Part shown: positions 10,474-25,988 of the stretch, piece by piece | How positions within the stretch are numbered: the stretch's first letter is position 1 | How the letters are laid out: each line of letters starts with the position of its first letter | IMG/VR virus record: IMGVR_UViG_3300042691_052636 | Direction: 5' to 3' (one strand) | DNA length: 64,000 nt | From: an uncultured virus (IMG/VR IMGVR_UViG_3300042691_052636) | Taxonomy: Duplodnaviria > Heunggongvirae > Uroviricota > Caudoviricetes | Program-made: the position numbers and the translations under genes | The notes under the pieces: generated by a model | The model's database searches: none | Seen by the model: the letters and a program-made list of their open reading frames with translations, nothing else | What the model was told of the DNA's origin: nothing

Positions 10474-10594
10474 TTTCATTTGCCTCAAGAATTACATTCG
10501 AAGGCTATGGAAAAAGCTGGACAATTTTTTAGAAATTGTAAATAAAGGTTTAATTGAATCAAAAAACAGAGGCTACGGACCAAAAAGTTAAGAG

Positions 10595-10843
10595 ATGAAA
10601 TCTATGGAACTTTTGAATAGTGAAGGACCAGTATTGGTTTTAGAAAAGTCGAATGAAAATTTTGTGCTTAGAGGAACAGATAAAAATGTATTAGGATGCT
10701 TAACCAAAGCTGAAATTCTCTATTTTTTAGACGGAGAGCTTAGTATTGTTGACGGCTCGGGACAAGTTATTAATTACACAAGTTATCCAGATTCGATGAA
10801 ACAAGAAAGAAGTAAGATAGATGCTTTTATTACAAACACATAA
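10595..10843 (+). CDS. Hypothetical protein
   Basis: ORF directly before thyA. Confidence 0.55.
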   Translation: MKSMELLNSEGPVLVLEKSNENFVLRGTDKNVLGCLTKAEILYFLDGELSIVDGSGQVINYTSYPDSMKQERSKIDAFITNT

Positions 10844-10849
10844 GATTAA

Positions 10850-11920
10850 ATGAATTCTCTAGATAAGCAATACCAAGACCTACTCCAAACAATTTTGGAT
10901 TATGGTGTTGAAAAGAAAGACAGGACTGGTACTGGAACCAAATCAATTTTTGGTTATACCATCCGTCATAATATGAAAAATGGATTCCCACTTCTTACAA
11001 CAAAGAAGATGGCGTGGAAGACAATGGTGACCGAGCTGTTGTGGTTTTTAAGGGGTGATACTAACATTAAGTATTTGGTTGATAACAATTGTCATATTTG
11101 GGATGGTGATGCGTATAAGTCATATGTCAAGTATTGGGAACCGAATATTGAATATATTGATGGTAACGCTATTATAACACAAGAAGAATTCATCAACAAA
11201 ATAAAAACGGATGATGGGTTTGCTAAAAAGTGGGGTGAATTAGGACCAATATATGGAGCACAGTGGAGGAAATGGCGTCGAAATGCAACTCGTGATGAGA
11301 AAATAGTAGACCCTGGTGTTTATACAAAACAAATAGACCAAATCGCAAACCTAATCAACGAACTGAAAACAAACCCAGACAGTAGACGATTAATGGTTTC
11401 AGCTTGGAATGTAAGCGAATTAGACAGGATGGTACTTCCTCCTTGTCATTATGGATTTCAAGTTTATACAAGAGAGTTGAGTTTGGAAGAAAGATTGAAT
11501 TTATTTAAGGTTGATAGTATTGACAGAATAGATTCATATGATAAATGGTTAGACGATAATGGATATCCTAAACGAGCAATCTCTTTAATGTGGAATCAAC
11601 GTTCAGTAGATACATTCTTAGGTTTACCATTCAACATAGCATCATACGGACTACTACTTGAAATAATTGCTAAAGAAGTTAATATGGTTCCAGATGAATT
11701 GATTGGTAATTTGGGGGACACTCACTTGTATTTAAATCATATTGAACAGGCTAAAGAACAAATTGGTAGAGAACCTTACCCATTACCTAAACTGCAAATT
11801 AACGATTTAAGGTCAGATAGTAACTCTATTATGGAAGACATAAGTAAATGGTCCTATAAAGATTTTCAAATAGATAATTATCAATCTCACCCAACAATCA
11901 AAGCACCACTATCTAATTAA
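10850..11920 (+). CDS. thyA: Thymidylate synthase
   Basis: DRTGTGT, FPLLTTKK, LGPIYGAQWR, PDSRR, LPPCH, QRSVDTFLGLPFNIASY, DTHLY. Confidence 0.97.
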   Translation: MNSLDKQYQDLLQTILDYGVEKKDRTGTGTKSIFGYTIRHNMKNGFPLLTTKKMAWKTMVTELLWFLRGDTNIKYLVDNNCHIWDGDAYKSYVKYWEPNIEYIDGNAIITQEEFINKIKTDDGFAKKWGELGPIYGAQWRKWRRNATRDEKIVDPGVYTKQIDQIANLINELKTNPDSRRLMVSAWNVSELDRMVLPPCHYGFQVYTRELSLEERLNLFKVDSIDRIDSYDKWLDDNGYPKRAISLMWNQRSVDTFLGLPFNIASYGLLLEIIAKEVNMVPDELIGNLGDTHLYLNHIEQAKEQIGREPYPLPKLQINDLRSDSNSIMEDISKWSYKDFQIDNYQSHPTIKAPLSN

Positions 11921-11924
11921 ATTT

Positions 11925-12161
11925 ATGACAACTAGAAAATTAGTAAATCTGGTAATTCTTTCATCTGACACTAACCCTTACACCGGAAAATTATCAAAGA
12001 GAGATAACATTCTGTGTGCAATCGAATTAGCTCAACTGCTCAAAGATTTTGCAGACAAAGGCCATACAGATGAAGCAATGAATATACAATCGGATCAATG
12101 GAACGAAGTAATTTGTAAGCTACAATCACATCCAGCAATAGTTTCACCACTCACAAATTAA
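11925..12161 (+). CDS. Hypothetical protein
   Basis: Closely packed ORF; its C-terminus (LQSHPAIVSPLTN) echoes the ThyA C-terminus (YQSHPTIKAPLSN). Confidence 0.55.
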   Translation: MTTRKLVNLVILSSDTNPYTGKLSKRDNILCAIELAQLLKDFADKGHTDEAMNIQSDQWNEVICKLQSHPAIVSPLTN

Positions 12162-12165
12162 CAAC

Positions 12166-12390
12166 ATGGCTAAGTACAGAGTTCTGGAGATAAAAGACAA
12201 GTTAATCAACAACGGAAAACCTTTTTGGAGGGTCGAGAAAAAAATTTTAGGCCTTTTCTGGTCTGAATATTTTGAAGAACATTCAGAGTGGGGTGCTACA
12301 TTTTATGAAAAGGACAAGGCCATGGTTTGGTATCAGTATCATCTTGATGCAAATAGCAGAACTAGGGTCAAGTGTATTGCTGAAAATTAA
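12166..12390 (+). CDS. Hypothetical protein
   Basis: Closely packed ORF. Confidence 0.55.
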   Translation: MAKYRVLEIKDKLINNGKPFWRVEKKILGLFWSEYFEEHSEWGATFYEKDKAMVWYQYHLDANSRTRVKCIAEN

Positions 12391-12579
12391 TACTGTAGTT
12401 TAATCTAACCTTATTACACTCCGATTTGAACATCCAGCTGTTCAAATCTTGTCTTTTTCTCCTGTCTGATCAGCGGATTGATTGATTAATTTAGTTGTGC
12501 TAAAGATCAGAGGGGAAAGATTCACACTAACCTTTTTAACCTTGCTTAAGCCTTTGGGCCTAGGCACAACCTTGACCGA

Positions 12580-13032
12580 ATGAACATAGATTCTTACCTG
12601 CGAAGAAAAACTTATCTTAAACTTCCTAGTGATGCTGCAAATCACAAAAACCCAACCTTCCAGAAAGAAGTTGCTAAATTAGCTTTTGTTTGGTGCTCTT
12701 ACAGATTAGGTGGGTCCAGATATCAACTAGGGTTTCCAAAATTAAAGATTCTGAACGAGAGAAGTAAAAAATATAGGGGTCACTATGATGAAGTCAGAAA
12801 TGAAATCGTAGTCTATCTTAAAAATCATAGATCTCTAATTGATATCTGCAGGACTATGATACATGAATGGAAGCACTATCAGCAGAACATACTTATTATG
12901 TATGATGTTTATTTAAGGGTTTACAAAAGAAATCTTAGTAACCACCCGTATGAAATAAGTGCGGAGAAAGCAGCTATAAGATTAGGAGCAGAATGTAAAA
13001 CCTGGTTAATTAAAACACTAAACACAAGATGA
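12580..13032 (+). CDS. Zincin-like metallopeptidase
   Basis: TMIHEWKHYQQ (HExxH) with downstream HPYEISA. Confidence 0.7.
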   Translation: MNIDSYLRRKTYLKLPSDAANHKNPTFQKEVAKLAFVWCSYRLGGSRYQLGFPKLKILNERSKKYRGHYDEVRNEIVVYLKNHRSLIDICRTMIHEWKHYQQNILIMYDVYLRVYKRNLSNHPYEISAEKAAIRLGAECKTWLIKTLNTR

Positions 13033-13484
13033 TGGTTAAAATCTACTTAGACGACTTAAGAACCCCTGTTGATCAAACTTGGATTGTTTGTAGGAACTAC
13101 GACGAATTTGTAAAAAAAGTTGATGAAATAGGGTTTGCTAAAATAAACACTATATCGTTGGATCATGACCTGGGTGATACTGCTATGCAGGAATACTTTA
13201 GAAACGTATCTAAAAACTACGTTTTGGACTATGGAAATATTTCAGAAAAGACTGGTTATGATTGTGCTAAGTGGTTAGTTGATAAATTTTATCTTGAGAA
13301 TCCAGAGAGGGATGATTTGGAAAGAAAGCACAAAAAACAAACTCCTATAGTTTTTCCCTTAATTTTGGTTCATTCTGCTAACCCAATAGGAGCAGCTAAT
13401 ATTATGGGTTACATTAATAATTTTTTGATGAATGAAGCACAAATCCAGAACTGCAGAAGAATAGACATTCCACACACAATATAA
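13029..13484 (+). CDS. Cyclic-phosphate-processing receiver-like domain protein
   Basis: IYLDDLRTP, ISLDHDLG, TGYDCAKWL, HSANPIG. Confidence 0.75.
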   Translation: MMVKIYLDDLRTPVDQTWIVCRNYDEFVKKVDEIGFAKINTISLDHDLGDTAMQEYFRNVSKNYVLDYGNISEKTGYDCAKWLVDKFYLENPERDDLERKHKKQTPIVFPLILVHSANPIGAANIMGYINNFLMNEAQIQNCRRIDIPHTI

Positions 13485-13495
13485 ATATATAGATT

Positions 13496-13816
13496 ATGGA
13501 TTTTTTAAAAAGACTTTCTTCAGCCATCGTATTAGCCACTTTATTGGCACTTCCCCTTGCTGTTTTGGAGTCTTTTTGTGTTTATTCCATTGTTTATTTT
13601 TATGAAATTCCTTATTTAAACACTTTTAAGTACTATCAAATTTTAGGATTGAGTTTTGTATTAATGATGACAAGAAACAGAATAAAGATAGGTGAGAGGG
13701 ATCAAAACATCAAGGATTTTTATAACGAAATAATAGACCCAAGTATGAATAGATTATTTAGAATAATCTTTGTTTGGGTGGTTGCAATAAGTATTCACCA
13801 AATTTTTTTAAGATAA
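13496..13816 (+). CDS. Hypothetical membrane protein
   Basis: About three hydrophobic segments. Confidence 0.6.
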   Translation: MDFLKRLSSAIVLATLLALPLAVLESFCVYSIVYFYEIPYLNTFKYYQILGLSFVLMMTRNRIKIGERDQNIKDFYNEIIDPSMNRLFRIIFVWVVAISIHQIFLR

Positions 13817-13823
13817 GTAAATT

Positions 13824-14351
13824 TTGATCAAGAATTTAGTCACTATAATTATTCCTTGTAGTGACTCATTGTTAAAACTCAAATCAACTATTGAGAGTCT
13901 GGTATTTCAAACAAGAATAAGAGGTACAAGGGTTTTAGTTGCTGACTTCGGTTCTAAAGATGGGTCAATTCAATATGCCCAACAAGTTAGCAGTGAATTA
14001 CGAAATACTTTAGTTGTTGAACCTTTCGATTTCAAAGGAGAAAGGGATAAGGTGTTTTCTTCTGTTACAACACCTTATGTTTTTTATATTGCTCCAGGAA
14101 AAACTTTTGATGACAGAGATTTCATTATGGATAATTTGAACAAAACCTCAAAAATAAAGACACCTATAGTTTACACTGAGGAAAATGTCTTTGGAACATT
14201 ACTAAGGAGATTTAAGAGAGATAGTGAAAAAAGAGAAAACGTTGCACTGGTGGGACTAAAAAATACATTGGAAAATATTTCCTTTATTGTGCAAGGAGAT
14301 AAAATCAATGTAGATTTATCAGAGATTAAAACTAAAACTGTAAAAATATAA
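13824..14351 (+). CDS. Short, divergent glycosyltransferase family 2-like protein
   Basis: VTIIIP, VLVADFGSKDGS, VTTPYVFYI; the usual DxD motif is not evident. Confidence 0.55.
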   Translation: MIKNLVTIIIPCSDSLLKLKSTIESLVFQTRIRGTRVLVADFGSKDGSIQYAQQVSSELRNTLVVEPFDFKGERDKVFSSVTTPYVFYIAPGKTFDDRDFIMDNLNKTSKIKTPIVYTEENVFGTLLRRFKRDSEKRENVALVGLKNTLENISFIVQGDKINVDLSEIKTKTVKI

Positions 14352-14454
14352 AACCTATCACTATGAAGTACATCAGAAACAACTGGCAGTGGATTGTTCT
14401 AATTATTTGGATCTCCGCAATAATGTCTATGTATGCTTATTTAGAAGAAATCTT

Positions 14455-14688
14455 CTAAGCAGCAATTCCTTTTTTTCTGCGGATTTTGTTTTTAGAATTA
14501 ATGGAGCTTAATTCCCCTTCTAAGCTTTTCCAAAGAATATCAACAGGTTTTTTGATATCTCCACCGTTCTTGTAAACTGAAGCTATGAATTTTAACCAAA
14601 GCTTGAATTCTTTCTCATCCTTAATGTCGATAAATGCTCGATCAATACTTTCACTTTTTGTGTTCATAACATTGAGTTTTGTTGTCAT
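14455..14688 (-). CDS. Hypothetical protein
   Basis: 77 aa ORF. Confidence 0.5.
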   Translation of the reverse strand: MTTKLNVMNTKSESIDRAFIDIKDEKEFKLWLKFIASVYKNGGDIKKPVDILWKSLEGELSSINSKNKIRRKKGIAA

Positions 14689-14778
14689 TTGTTATTTGTT
14701 GCTGCGCTAATCTAACAACTAAAGGTTAAACAAAATAATATTTTCTGATTTTTTCTACAGATGTTTTGTAGATTTTTC

Positions 14779-15072
14779 TTAAACTGCAAGGTCCTTAATA
14801 TCCTTACATGCTTGGGCTTTTTCATACATTTCCTGCTCAACAAAGAAATTTAAAGCCTTTTCCATGGCAGTTTTGACGTCTTTTTTGTTCATGTATATTT
14901 TTGCATACACATCATCATTCCAATAGAATTCAAACAGTATTTCTTGCTCTAAATGTAAATTACTTACTAATAATGAAGCTGTTTCAACTGATCTTTCATA
15001 CACCTTTGCTCTATTCGTTGTGAACCAATCTTCAAGATTTTCTGGATTTACTTTATTTTTAATTACTGTCAT
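14779..15072 (-). CDS. Hypothetical protein with C-terminal UVR (UvrB/UvrC-like) motif
   Basis: ALNFFVEQEMYEKAQACKD; start uncertain. Confidence 0.6.
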   Translation of the reverse strand: MTVIKNKVNPENLEDWFTTNRAKVYERSVETASLLVSNLHLEQEILFEFYWNDDVYAKIYMNKKDVKTAMEKALNFFVEQEMYEKAQACKDIKDLAV

Positions 15073-15310
15073 GTGTATTTTATTGCCCATTATTGTTTTG
15101 TTCCGAAACAACACTCTTTAAGACACATACAACATAAAACAACCCATATGAAAAATTTATTTAGATCAGCAGAAATTGAAGAACTTGAAGTACTAACTCT
15201 TGAAGAAAAAATGAAATTAGAGCTTCTTTTTGAAGCTTACAAAAAATTTAGCCTCTCTGAATTAGAAGAGAAATTAGGAGGAAATAAATTTACACTTTGA
15301 TAGATAATGT

Positions 15311-15781
15311 GTGAAAAGCTTATTTCTGAAAATATCAAATCTGTTGTGGGCACTTGGCCATTTTTCTTTTAATTATAAAAAGAAAGTCCATTACCTTTTC
15401 TTTACTCCCCTATATGGATTTTTCCCATGGATTTTTAGAAAGAACAGATTCGATATTTTTTTAATTTCTTTACCACTAGATCGGACAGAGATACTTCTCT
15501 ACCTCACTAAAAATTCTGAGTCTATGGTTTTGAATTGGGAGATAAGACAGTGCGGATTAATAGTTGATTTTGGCCATTTCAAAGAGCCCATAAAAAGGAG
15601 AAAGTATAAAGTCACTTTAATAAGGACAAAAGCAACAACGCAACTCACATTAACTAGCTCGAATGTTTTAGAAACAGTCCAAAGTCAAATTATATCTGAT
15701 TACAATTTTTCCTTTATATTTGGGAAAAGGGTTTTAGAAAGAAGCTTTAAAGGACCAATAATTCATGAATCGATAAGATGA
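15311..15781 (+). CDS. Hypothetical protein
   Basis: ORF coupled to the phosphoesterase; start uncertain. Confidence 0.4.
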   Translation: MKSLFLKISNLLWALGHFSFNYKKKVHYLFFTPLYGFFPWIFRKNRFDIFLISLPLDRTEILLYLTKNSESMVLNWEIRQCGLIVDFGHFKEPIKRRKYKVTLIRTKATTQLTLTSSNVLETVQSQIISDYNFSFIFGKRVLERSFKGPIIHESIR

Positions 15782-16452
15782 AAGATCTTAAATTAATTTT
15801 GATTTCCGACACCCACTGCAGACATAACGATGGAACAATGGATGTTCCAAATGGTGATTTTATAATCCACTGTGGAGATGTTTCTATGAACGGTAAAGAA
15901 GACCAGGTCATAGATTTCTGTGATTGGTTCGGAAGTTTACCACATACCCATAAAATTTTGATTCCAGGAAATCACGATTTTTTGTTTGAAAAGGAATTTG
16001 ACAAAGCAAAAAATATGACTGATTCCAGAGGGATAAATCTATTAATTGATAATGGTATTGAACTAGAGGGAATAAAATTCTGGGGATCTCCTATAACTCC
16101 ATGGTTTCATAATTGGGCTTTTAACAGATTTAGAGGATCGAGCATAGAACATCATTGGAATAAAATTCCGGAAAATGTAGATGTATTAATTACCCATGGA
16201 CCCCCAGCTTATCTAGGAAATGACTTGAGTAAGGTTTTAGAGGGTGAAGATGTTGGCTGTGAAGAGCTTTATAAAGCAATAAAAAGGATAAAGCCTAAAT
16301 TAAATTGTTTTGGTCACATCCACGAGGGATATGGAACTTATACGGATGATGACACAATTTTTGTGAACTGTAGTATTTTAAATAGAAGATATGCCCCAAC
16401 CAACGATCCAATTTCGGTCACATACAGAGAGGGAAAGTTCTATCTCGATTGA
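15778..16452 (+). CDS. Calcineurin-like metallophosphoesterase (MPPED/239FB-like)
   Basis: SDTH, HCGD, PGNHD, THGPP, FGHIHE. Confidence 0.9.
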   Translation: MKDLKLILISDTHCRHNDGTMDVPNGDFIIHCGDVSMNGKEDQVIDFCDWFGSLPHTHKILIPGNHDFLFEKEFDKAKNMTDSRGINLLIDNGIELEGIKFWGSPITPWFHNWAFNRFRGSSIEHHWNKIPENVDVLITHGPPAYLGNDLSKVLEGEDVGCEELYKAIKRIKPKLNCFGHIHEGYGTYTDDDTIFVNCSILNRRYAPTNDPISVTYREGKFYLD

Positions 16453-16828
16453 GTCTCTTCAAACAGGAAGTGCTAATTCCTATATTTTCAGAAACATACT
16501 TATCTCCTCAGGGTACTTAAGATTTGATGCAAAAAAAATCAAGGGAGATTTTTGCTATGATGCGTACACTAAAGAATTCATGGATCAAGATAAACTCAAG
16601 TACACGATCTATTGTTATTGTTATGATCTAAAGCAAGTCATTGAAGATCCTGAACTATTTGAGTTTACCTTTGAAGTCCAATTAGAATCTGATAGAGGGA
16701 TCTTGGGAATAGAATCAATACAATGGGATTTTACAAATCCTTTAAAGGGAAAGGAGAACTTACACTTTTTCGAAGATCGTATTGAAAAAATATGGCAATT
16801 AGTCGGACAAAAACTCTTCCCCTGTTAA
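16391..16828 (+). CDS. Hypothetical protein
   Basis: ORF; true start probably further downstream. Confidence 0.5.
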   Translation: MPQPTIQFRSHTERESSISIESLQTGSANSYIFRNILISSGYLRFDAKKIKGDFCYDAYTKEFMDQDKLKYTIYCYCYDLKQVIEDPELFEFTFEVQLESDRGILGIESIQWDFTNPLKGKENLHFFEDRIEKIWQLVGQKLFPC

Positions 16829-17580
16829 AAATCAAAAAGTCTTTTTAAGCCTTGAAAAGCTTTGTTTAGAGATTCTTTTAAAGAGGAAATAGAAAGATCA
16901 AATTCTTTTACAAAAGCTTTAGGAGCTTCCTCATAAGATTCCTGGGTTTCGTCCATAATATCTTGGGTGTATTGCCAGTAAAAAGAAAGCTCATCTGGAA
17001 CCTGAAATCCATAGAATTCATAGACCTGCTTTTGGGTTTCTAAAACATTTTCCCCGTTCCAGTTTTGACCAACCACCACACAACCAGCTTCAATATCAGA
17101 AACAAAATTATCTTCACCTAAAGTAAAGTGAATGTTCTCTATCCAATTCAATCTCTCAATTAGTTTTTGATAGAAAGCATTGGCTTGTCCCCATCTCACG
17201 CTGATAAAGAAAACTACAGCTTCCGATTCAAACATCTCCTTAGAAATTTTCCAAAGTTCGTCTTCTTCGTGATTGAGAGAAGCCCAACATCTATGAAATC
17301 CTGAAGGATTTTTTTCTGAATCCTTAAGCAATGAATCTTTAATTCCACAGTTGTTTCCATCTACTCCAGAAACGTTGCCTTCGCAGGGGAAAATATTTAA
17401 AGAAGGCACATCAATTATGTTTACCTCAGTTGTTGCGCTTACTCTTTCTTTGATTGATCTTGCCAAAAGTGTAGATTTTGGAACCTCTTTACTTCCTTCC
17501 CATCTATTGGATGTTGTTAAAAAAAGGACTTTCTTTTTAGAAGATATTTTTTCTAGAAAATTTTCTAATCTGTAGCTCAT
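16825..17580 (-). CDS. Flavodoxin-fold / NADPH-dependent FMN reductase-like protein
   Basis: LFLTTSNR, LNIFPCEGNVS, HRCWAS, VVFFISVRWGQANAFYQKLIERL; start set at MSYRLENFLEK after GAATATATA. Confidence 0.7.
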   Translation of the reverse strand: MSYRLENFLEKISSKKKVLFLTTSNRWEGSKEVPKSTLLARSIKERVSATTEVNIIDVPSLNIFPCEGNVSGVDGNNCGIKDSLLKDSEKNPSGFHRCWASLNHEEDELWKISKEMFESEAVVFFISVRWGQANAFYQKLIERLNWIENIHFTLGEDNFVSDIEAGCVVVGQNWNGENVLETQKQVYEFYGFQVPDELSFYWQYTQDIMDETQESYEEAPKAFVKEFDLSISSLKESLNKAFQGLKRLFDF

Positions 17581-17633
17581 ATTCGTATATATTCCCCGAA
17601 TTAAAAACACTCTTTCTGAGTACAAATATATAA

Positions 17634-22577
<4,944 letters not shown>

Positions 22578-22581
22578 ATTT

Positions 22582-22821
22582 ATGACTTACACTATTTTAC
22601 AAAGAAGAGAAGAAACTTATCCTGCTGAGATTTTCATATCAGAAACTGAATCAATAATGCAGGATCAAAACATAGTTTTCACTTTAGTTGAATATGATTT
22701 TGATGGAACTAAAATAACAGTAGATATTCCTCACTTTATGCCTCCTGATGAAGATTATATAATTTTGGGTATAGAAAATTGTGGAATTACACAACAACAA
22801 AAATTGGGATTGATTGAATAA
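22582..22821 (+). CDS. Small fibre-associated protein (possible chaperone)
   Basis: Short acidic ORF right after the fibre gene. Confidence 0.55.
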   Translation: MTYTILQRREETYPAEIFISETESIMQDQNIVFTLVEYDFDGTKITVDIPHFMPPDEDYIILGIENCGITQQQKLGLIE

Positions 22822-24431
22822 TGGCAGTAATTACTATAAGTAATACAGGTGGTAACTGGAACGCAACTGGGACATGGGTAGGTGGAGTTGTTCCAGTAGC
22901 TGCAGACAGTGTAATTGCTACTGCTACTTCTGGTCCATTAACAGTGACTGCAAATGCTACAATCAATGGTGTTAATTTTACAAATTACACAAATACTTTT
23001 ACTATTAACTCCGGTGTAACACTTTCTCAGGGTGCGGGTAGTGCAACTTCACAGCCTTTTACATTTGTTTCAGGTATGACTGTGGCAGGAACAGGAACTT
23101 TATCTTTCAATGGCACTTTCACAATGACTTCCGGAGGAAAAGTTTGGACAGGAAATCTAAGATTTGCACCTCAAGGCTCCGGTGCAAGTAGGACTATAAC
23201 TTTAGGGGATAATTGGACTATTGAAGGAAATCTTGAATTTATTCCAGGAACTTCCCTCACCCAGGTTGTGAACGGAGCAGGATTGTCAATAACTGCAAGA
23301 GGAAATTTAACAGTGGGATCAGCAACACAAGCGATAGCTGTTCAAGGAACCGCAGGAATAATTTTGGCACCTCCAGTTTCTACGACTTGCACGATAAGCA
23401 CACCTTACCCAAACACCTCAGGAAACAACAATTTAAGAAATTCTCTAACTATAAATGGTGCAGGGAGTGTTTTGTTTAATTATCCAAATAAATTCATAGA
23501 TTTTGGAAGTATCACTCATACTTCAAGTGCAGGCGTGACAGTTACTGCCTCAACAGAATTGAGATTTACTGTAGCCTCAACATTATCTATAAATGCTTTT
23601 GGTGTTATAGCAGGGGATATACGTTTTAATGGAACTGCTACTTTCACATTAGCTAATAATATACAAATTAGTGGAACTCTTTTTTTTGGGAACTCTTTGC
23701 AATCTATCAGTCCCACACTTTCTGGATCCACTATTAACTTAACCGGAAATCTTACAACCTTGCACAATGCTGGAGGTCAAGTAGTTACAGGGACAACTAT
23801 AATTAATGTTACTTCTGTTTCGCCTACCTTCACTTTAACAGGTGCAACACTCCCAGCTTCTGCAAGATTTGGTTTAGATTTAATTATAAATTGCTCAGGG
23901 ACTGTAACTTTTTTTAGTACAAATAATCTCTATGGTGGGGCTGGCCGAAGTTTTACACACACATCAGGTACGATTGTATTTACTCAGCCCAACGCGAATT
24001 GGTGGACAGTATCTGGATCAACAACTTATAATTTAAACAGTGCTACTTTCCCATTTCCCAACTTTTTTGCTGCAACAGGGGGTGCACCTATTTTCGCTGG
24101 ATCTCAAGGAGCAACTTTTAGGACGTACAACTCCTCGGTTGCAGGACTTACCCATACTTTTTCTGCAAGCAAAACGTATACAGTTAATGAAGGAATTACT
24201 TTAGCTGGAACTGAAGCTTCTAGGATTTCTTTTGTTTCGTCTGTCCCAAGCACACAAGCAGTTTTCACTGTTGTACAGGGAGCGACTATAGATGTGGGAT
24301 ACGTTAATCCAACCGATATTGATTCATCACAGGGACAAACAGTCTGGGATTATAGGGGGACTTTTCTTAGAACTACTAATTGGCAACAACTTCCAGTTCA
24401 ACCTACAACAATCTCTAGCTTCAATATATAA
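22821..24431 (+). CDS. Beta-helix-like virion/adhesin protein
   Basis: T/G/S/N-rich; N-terminal GGNWNATGTW; C-terminal DIDSS..NWQQLP shared with next gene. Confidence 0.7.
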   Translation: MAVITISNTGGNWNATGTWVGGVVPVAADSVIATATSGPLTVTANATINGVNFTNYTNTFTINSGVTLSQGAGSATSQPFTFVSGMTVAGTGTLSFNGTFTMTSGGKVWTGNLRFAPQGSGASRTITLGDNWTIEGNLEFIPGTSLTQVVNGAGLSITARGNLTVGSATQAIAVQGTAGIILAPPVSTTCTISTPYPNTSGNNNLRNSLTINGAGSVLFNYPNKFIDFGSITHTSSAGVTVTASTELRFTVASTLSINAFGVIAGDIRFNGTATFTLANNIQISGTLFFGNSLQSISPTLSGSTINLTGNLTTLHNAGGQVVTGTTIINVTSVSPTFTLTGATLPASARFGLDLIINCSGTVTFFSTNNLYGGAGRSFTHTSGTIVFTQPNANWWTVSGSTTYNLNSATFPFPNFFAATGGAPIFAGSQGATFRTYNSSVAGLTHTFSASKTYTVNEGITLAGTEASRISFVSSVPSTQAVFTVVQGATIDVGYVNPTDIDSSQGQTVWDYRGTFLRTTNWQQLPVQPTTISSFNI

Positions 24432-24434
24432 ATT

Positions 24435-25955
24435 ATGGCCACATATTATTTTAGGAGTACAGGTACAAACTGGGGAGCTACTGGTGATTGGAGTGCAACG
24501 CCATCCCCTACTTATTCAGCAGGAGCTGTTCCAACTACTCTTGACAATGCTGTTTTCGAGGCTGCTAGTGCTAACTGTATCATAAATGCTGGCGCTACCC
24601 GTAACTGTTTAAATCTTACTTGTACAAGTTATACAGGAACCCTTACTTTTGATACCGAATTGATTGTGACTGGTAATGTTGCACTTGGCTCTTCATCTAT
24701 GACTATGGCAGGTTCATCGTCGCTTAGACTTACTCCAGGGACAACACTTTCTTTATCATCCCTTGGATGTATTTGCTCGGTGACAATGATTATACAAAAA
24801 AGTACTGGTACTGCAACTCTTACCTGGGGTAGTAACTGGACACAATCTGGTGCTTTTATTCTTTCCGGAACAACCGCATGGACTTGGAATGGTAATACAA
24901 TTACCTTTAAAGGATCATCAGTACAATGGAATAATCTTTCTTCCGTCGTAGGGACATCTGCGCTAGTTTTTGCACCTGATCTTGGAACCACTATGAACAT
25001 AACAAGTAGTACAAATGCTAGATGGGCTATGGCTTCAGTAACTATTAATGGAGCAGGTGATGTCAATATAAATATATCCCTTCTAACTTTGTCTACGATT
25101 TTTACTCACATCAATGGTGCAGTAACACACACAGGAACTATTTTACTTGCAGGGTTTAACACTTTTGACGCTTCGGGGATGTCATTTCAAAATTGCCAAA
25201 CAAACAATTCTACCAATACCACGACCTTAATATCAGATCTTAATTTTACAGGCAACTTTACAATTCCAAGTTCTATAGCAAATATTAATGGTCCAGGAAT
25301 AAATGTAAATATAGGGGGTAACTTCACTAATAACAACGCCGGTGGTTCTCCTTCTGGAACTGCAAAAATAGTTATGACAGGCACGGGAACTATTAGCGGA
25401 ACTTCTACTGGTAATTTAAGTAACACTTTAATAATCAACACCTCTGGAACTATTACATTTTCTGGTACGATTTCTTGGTTAAGAACTTTTATTTTCACCT
25501 CGGGAACAATTGTTTCTACTGGTAGTACAGTAGCGTGTCCTGCTGTAAGTTCATTCACTATAAACAATAGTGGTTTCAACTTAGCAAATTTTTCTGCATT
25601 AAACAATGTTGTGTTTAGTGGAACCCATGGATGTACATTCGAAACTTATACTGGTCAAGGCACAGGTGTAACTCATACTTTTGGATCGAATTTAATTTAT
25701 ACAACAAATTCTCTTACTTTTTTAGGTGTAGCTTCTAATAATGCGATTATAAGATCTAGTACACCTGGAACAACAACAATTTTAACTGTTCCATATGGGG
25801 GAAGCCTAGATGTAGGACACGTTACTGCCACTGATATCGACTCCTCTAATGGTAGAACAATCTGGGTTTACAAAGGAACAATTGGAGCTGCAACTCTTAA
25901 TTGGCAACAGTTACCAACAATACCAAAAACCATAGGTGTACCTTGGGTTCGTTAA
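24435..25955 (+). CDS. Beta-helix-like virion/adhesin protein, paralog of upstream gene
   Basis: GTNWGATGDW start; DVGHVTATDIDSSNG...NWQQLP end. Confidence 0.7.
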   Translation: MATYYFRSTGTNWGATGDWSATPSPTYSAGAVPTTLDNAVFEAASANCIINAGATRNCLNLTCTSYTGTLTFDTELIVTGNVALGSSSMTMAGSSSLRLTPGTTLSLSSLGCICSVTMIIQKSTGTATLTWGSNWTQSGAFILSGTTAWTWNGNTITFKGSSVQWNNLSSVVGTSALVFAPDLGTTMNITSSTNARWAMASVTINGAGDVNINISLLTLSTIFTHINGAVTHTGTILLAGFNTFDASGMSFQNCQTNNSTNTTTLISDLNFTGNFTIPSSIANINGPGINVNIGGNFTNNNAGGSPSGTAKIVMTGTGTISGTSTGNLSNTLIINTSGTITFSGTISWLRTFIFTSGTIVSTGSTVACPAVSSFTINNSGFNLANFSALNNVVFSGTHGCTFETYTGQGTGVTHTFGSNLIYTTNSLTFLGVASNNAIIRSSTPGTTTILTVPYGGSLDVGHVTATDIDSSNGRTIWVYKGTIGAATLNWQQLPTIPKTIGVPWVR

Positions 25956-25988
25956 GGAGAAAGATAATCTCTCTGAATATATACAAAG

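Noticed and set aside
10850..11920. Intron or intein in thyA (also checked uvsX, helicase, gp46)
   Set aside because: Frames are continuous with only short insertions and no splicing motifs
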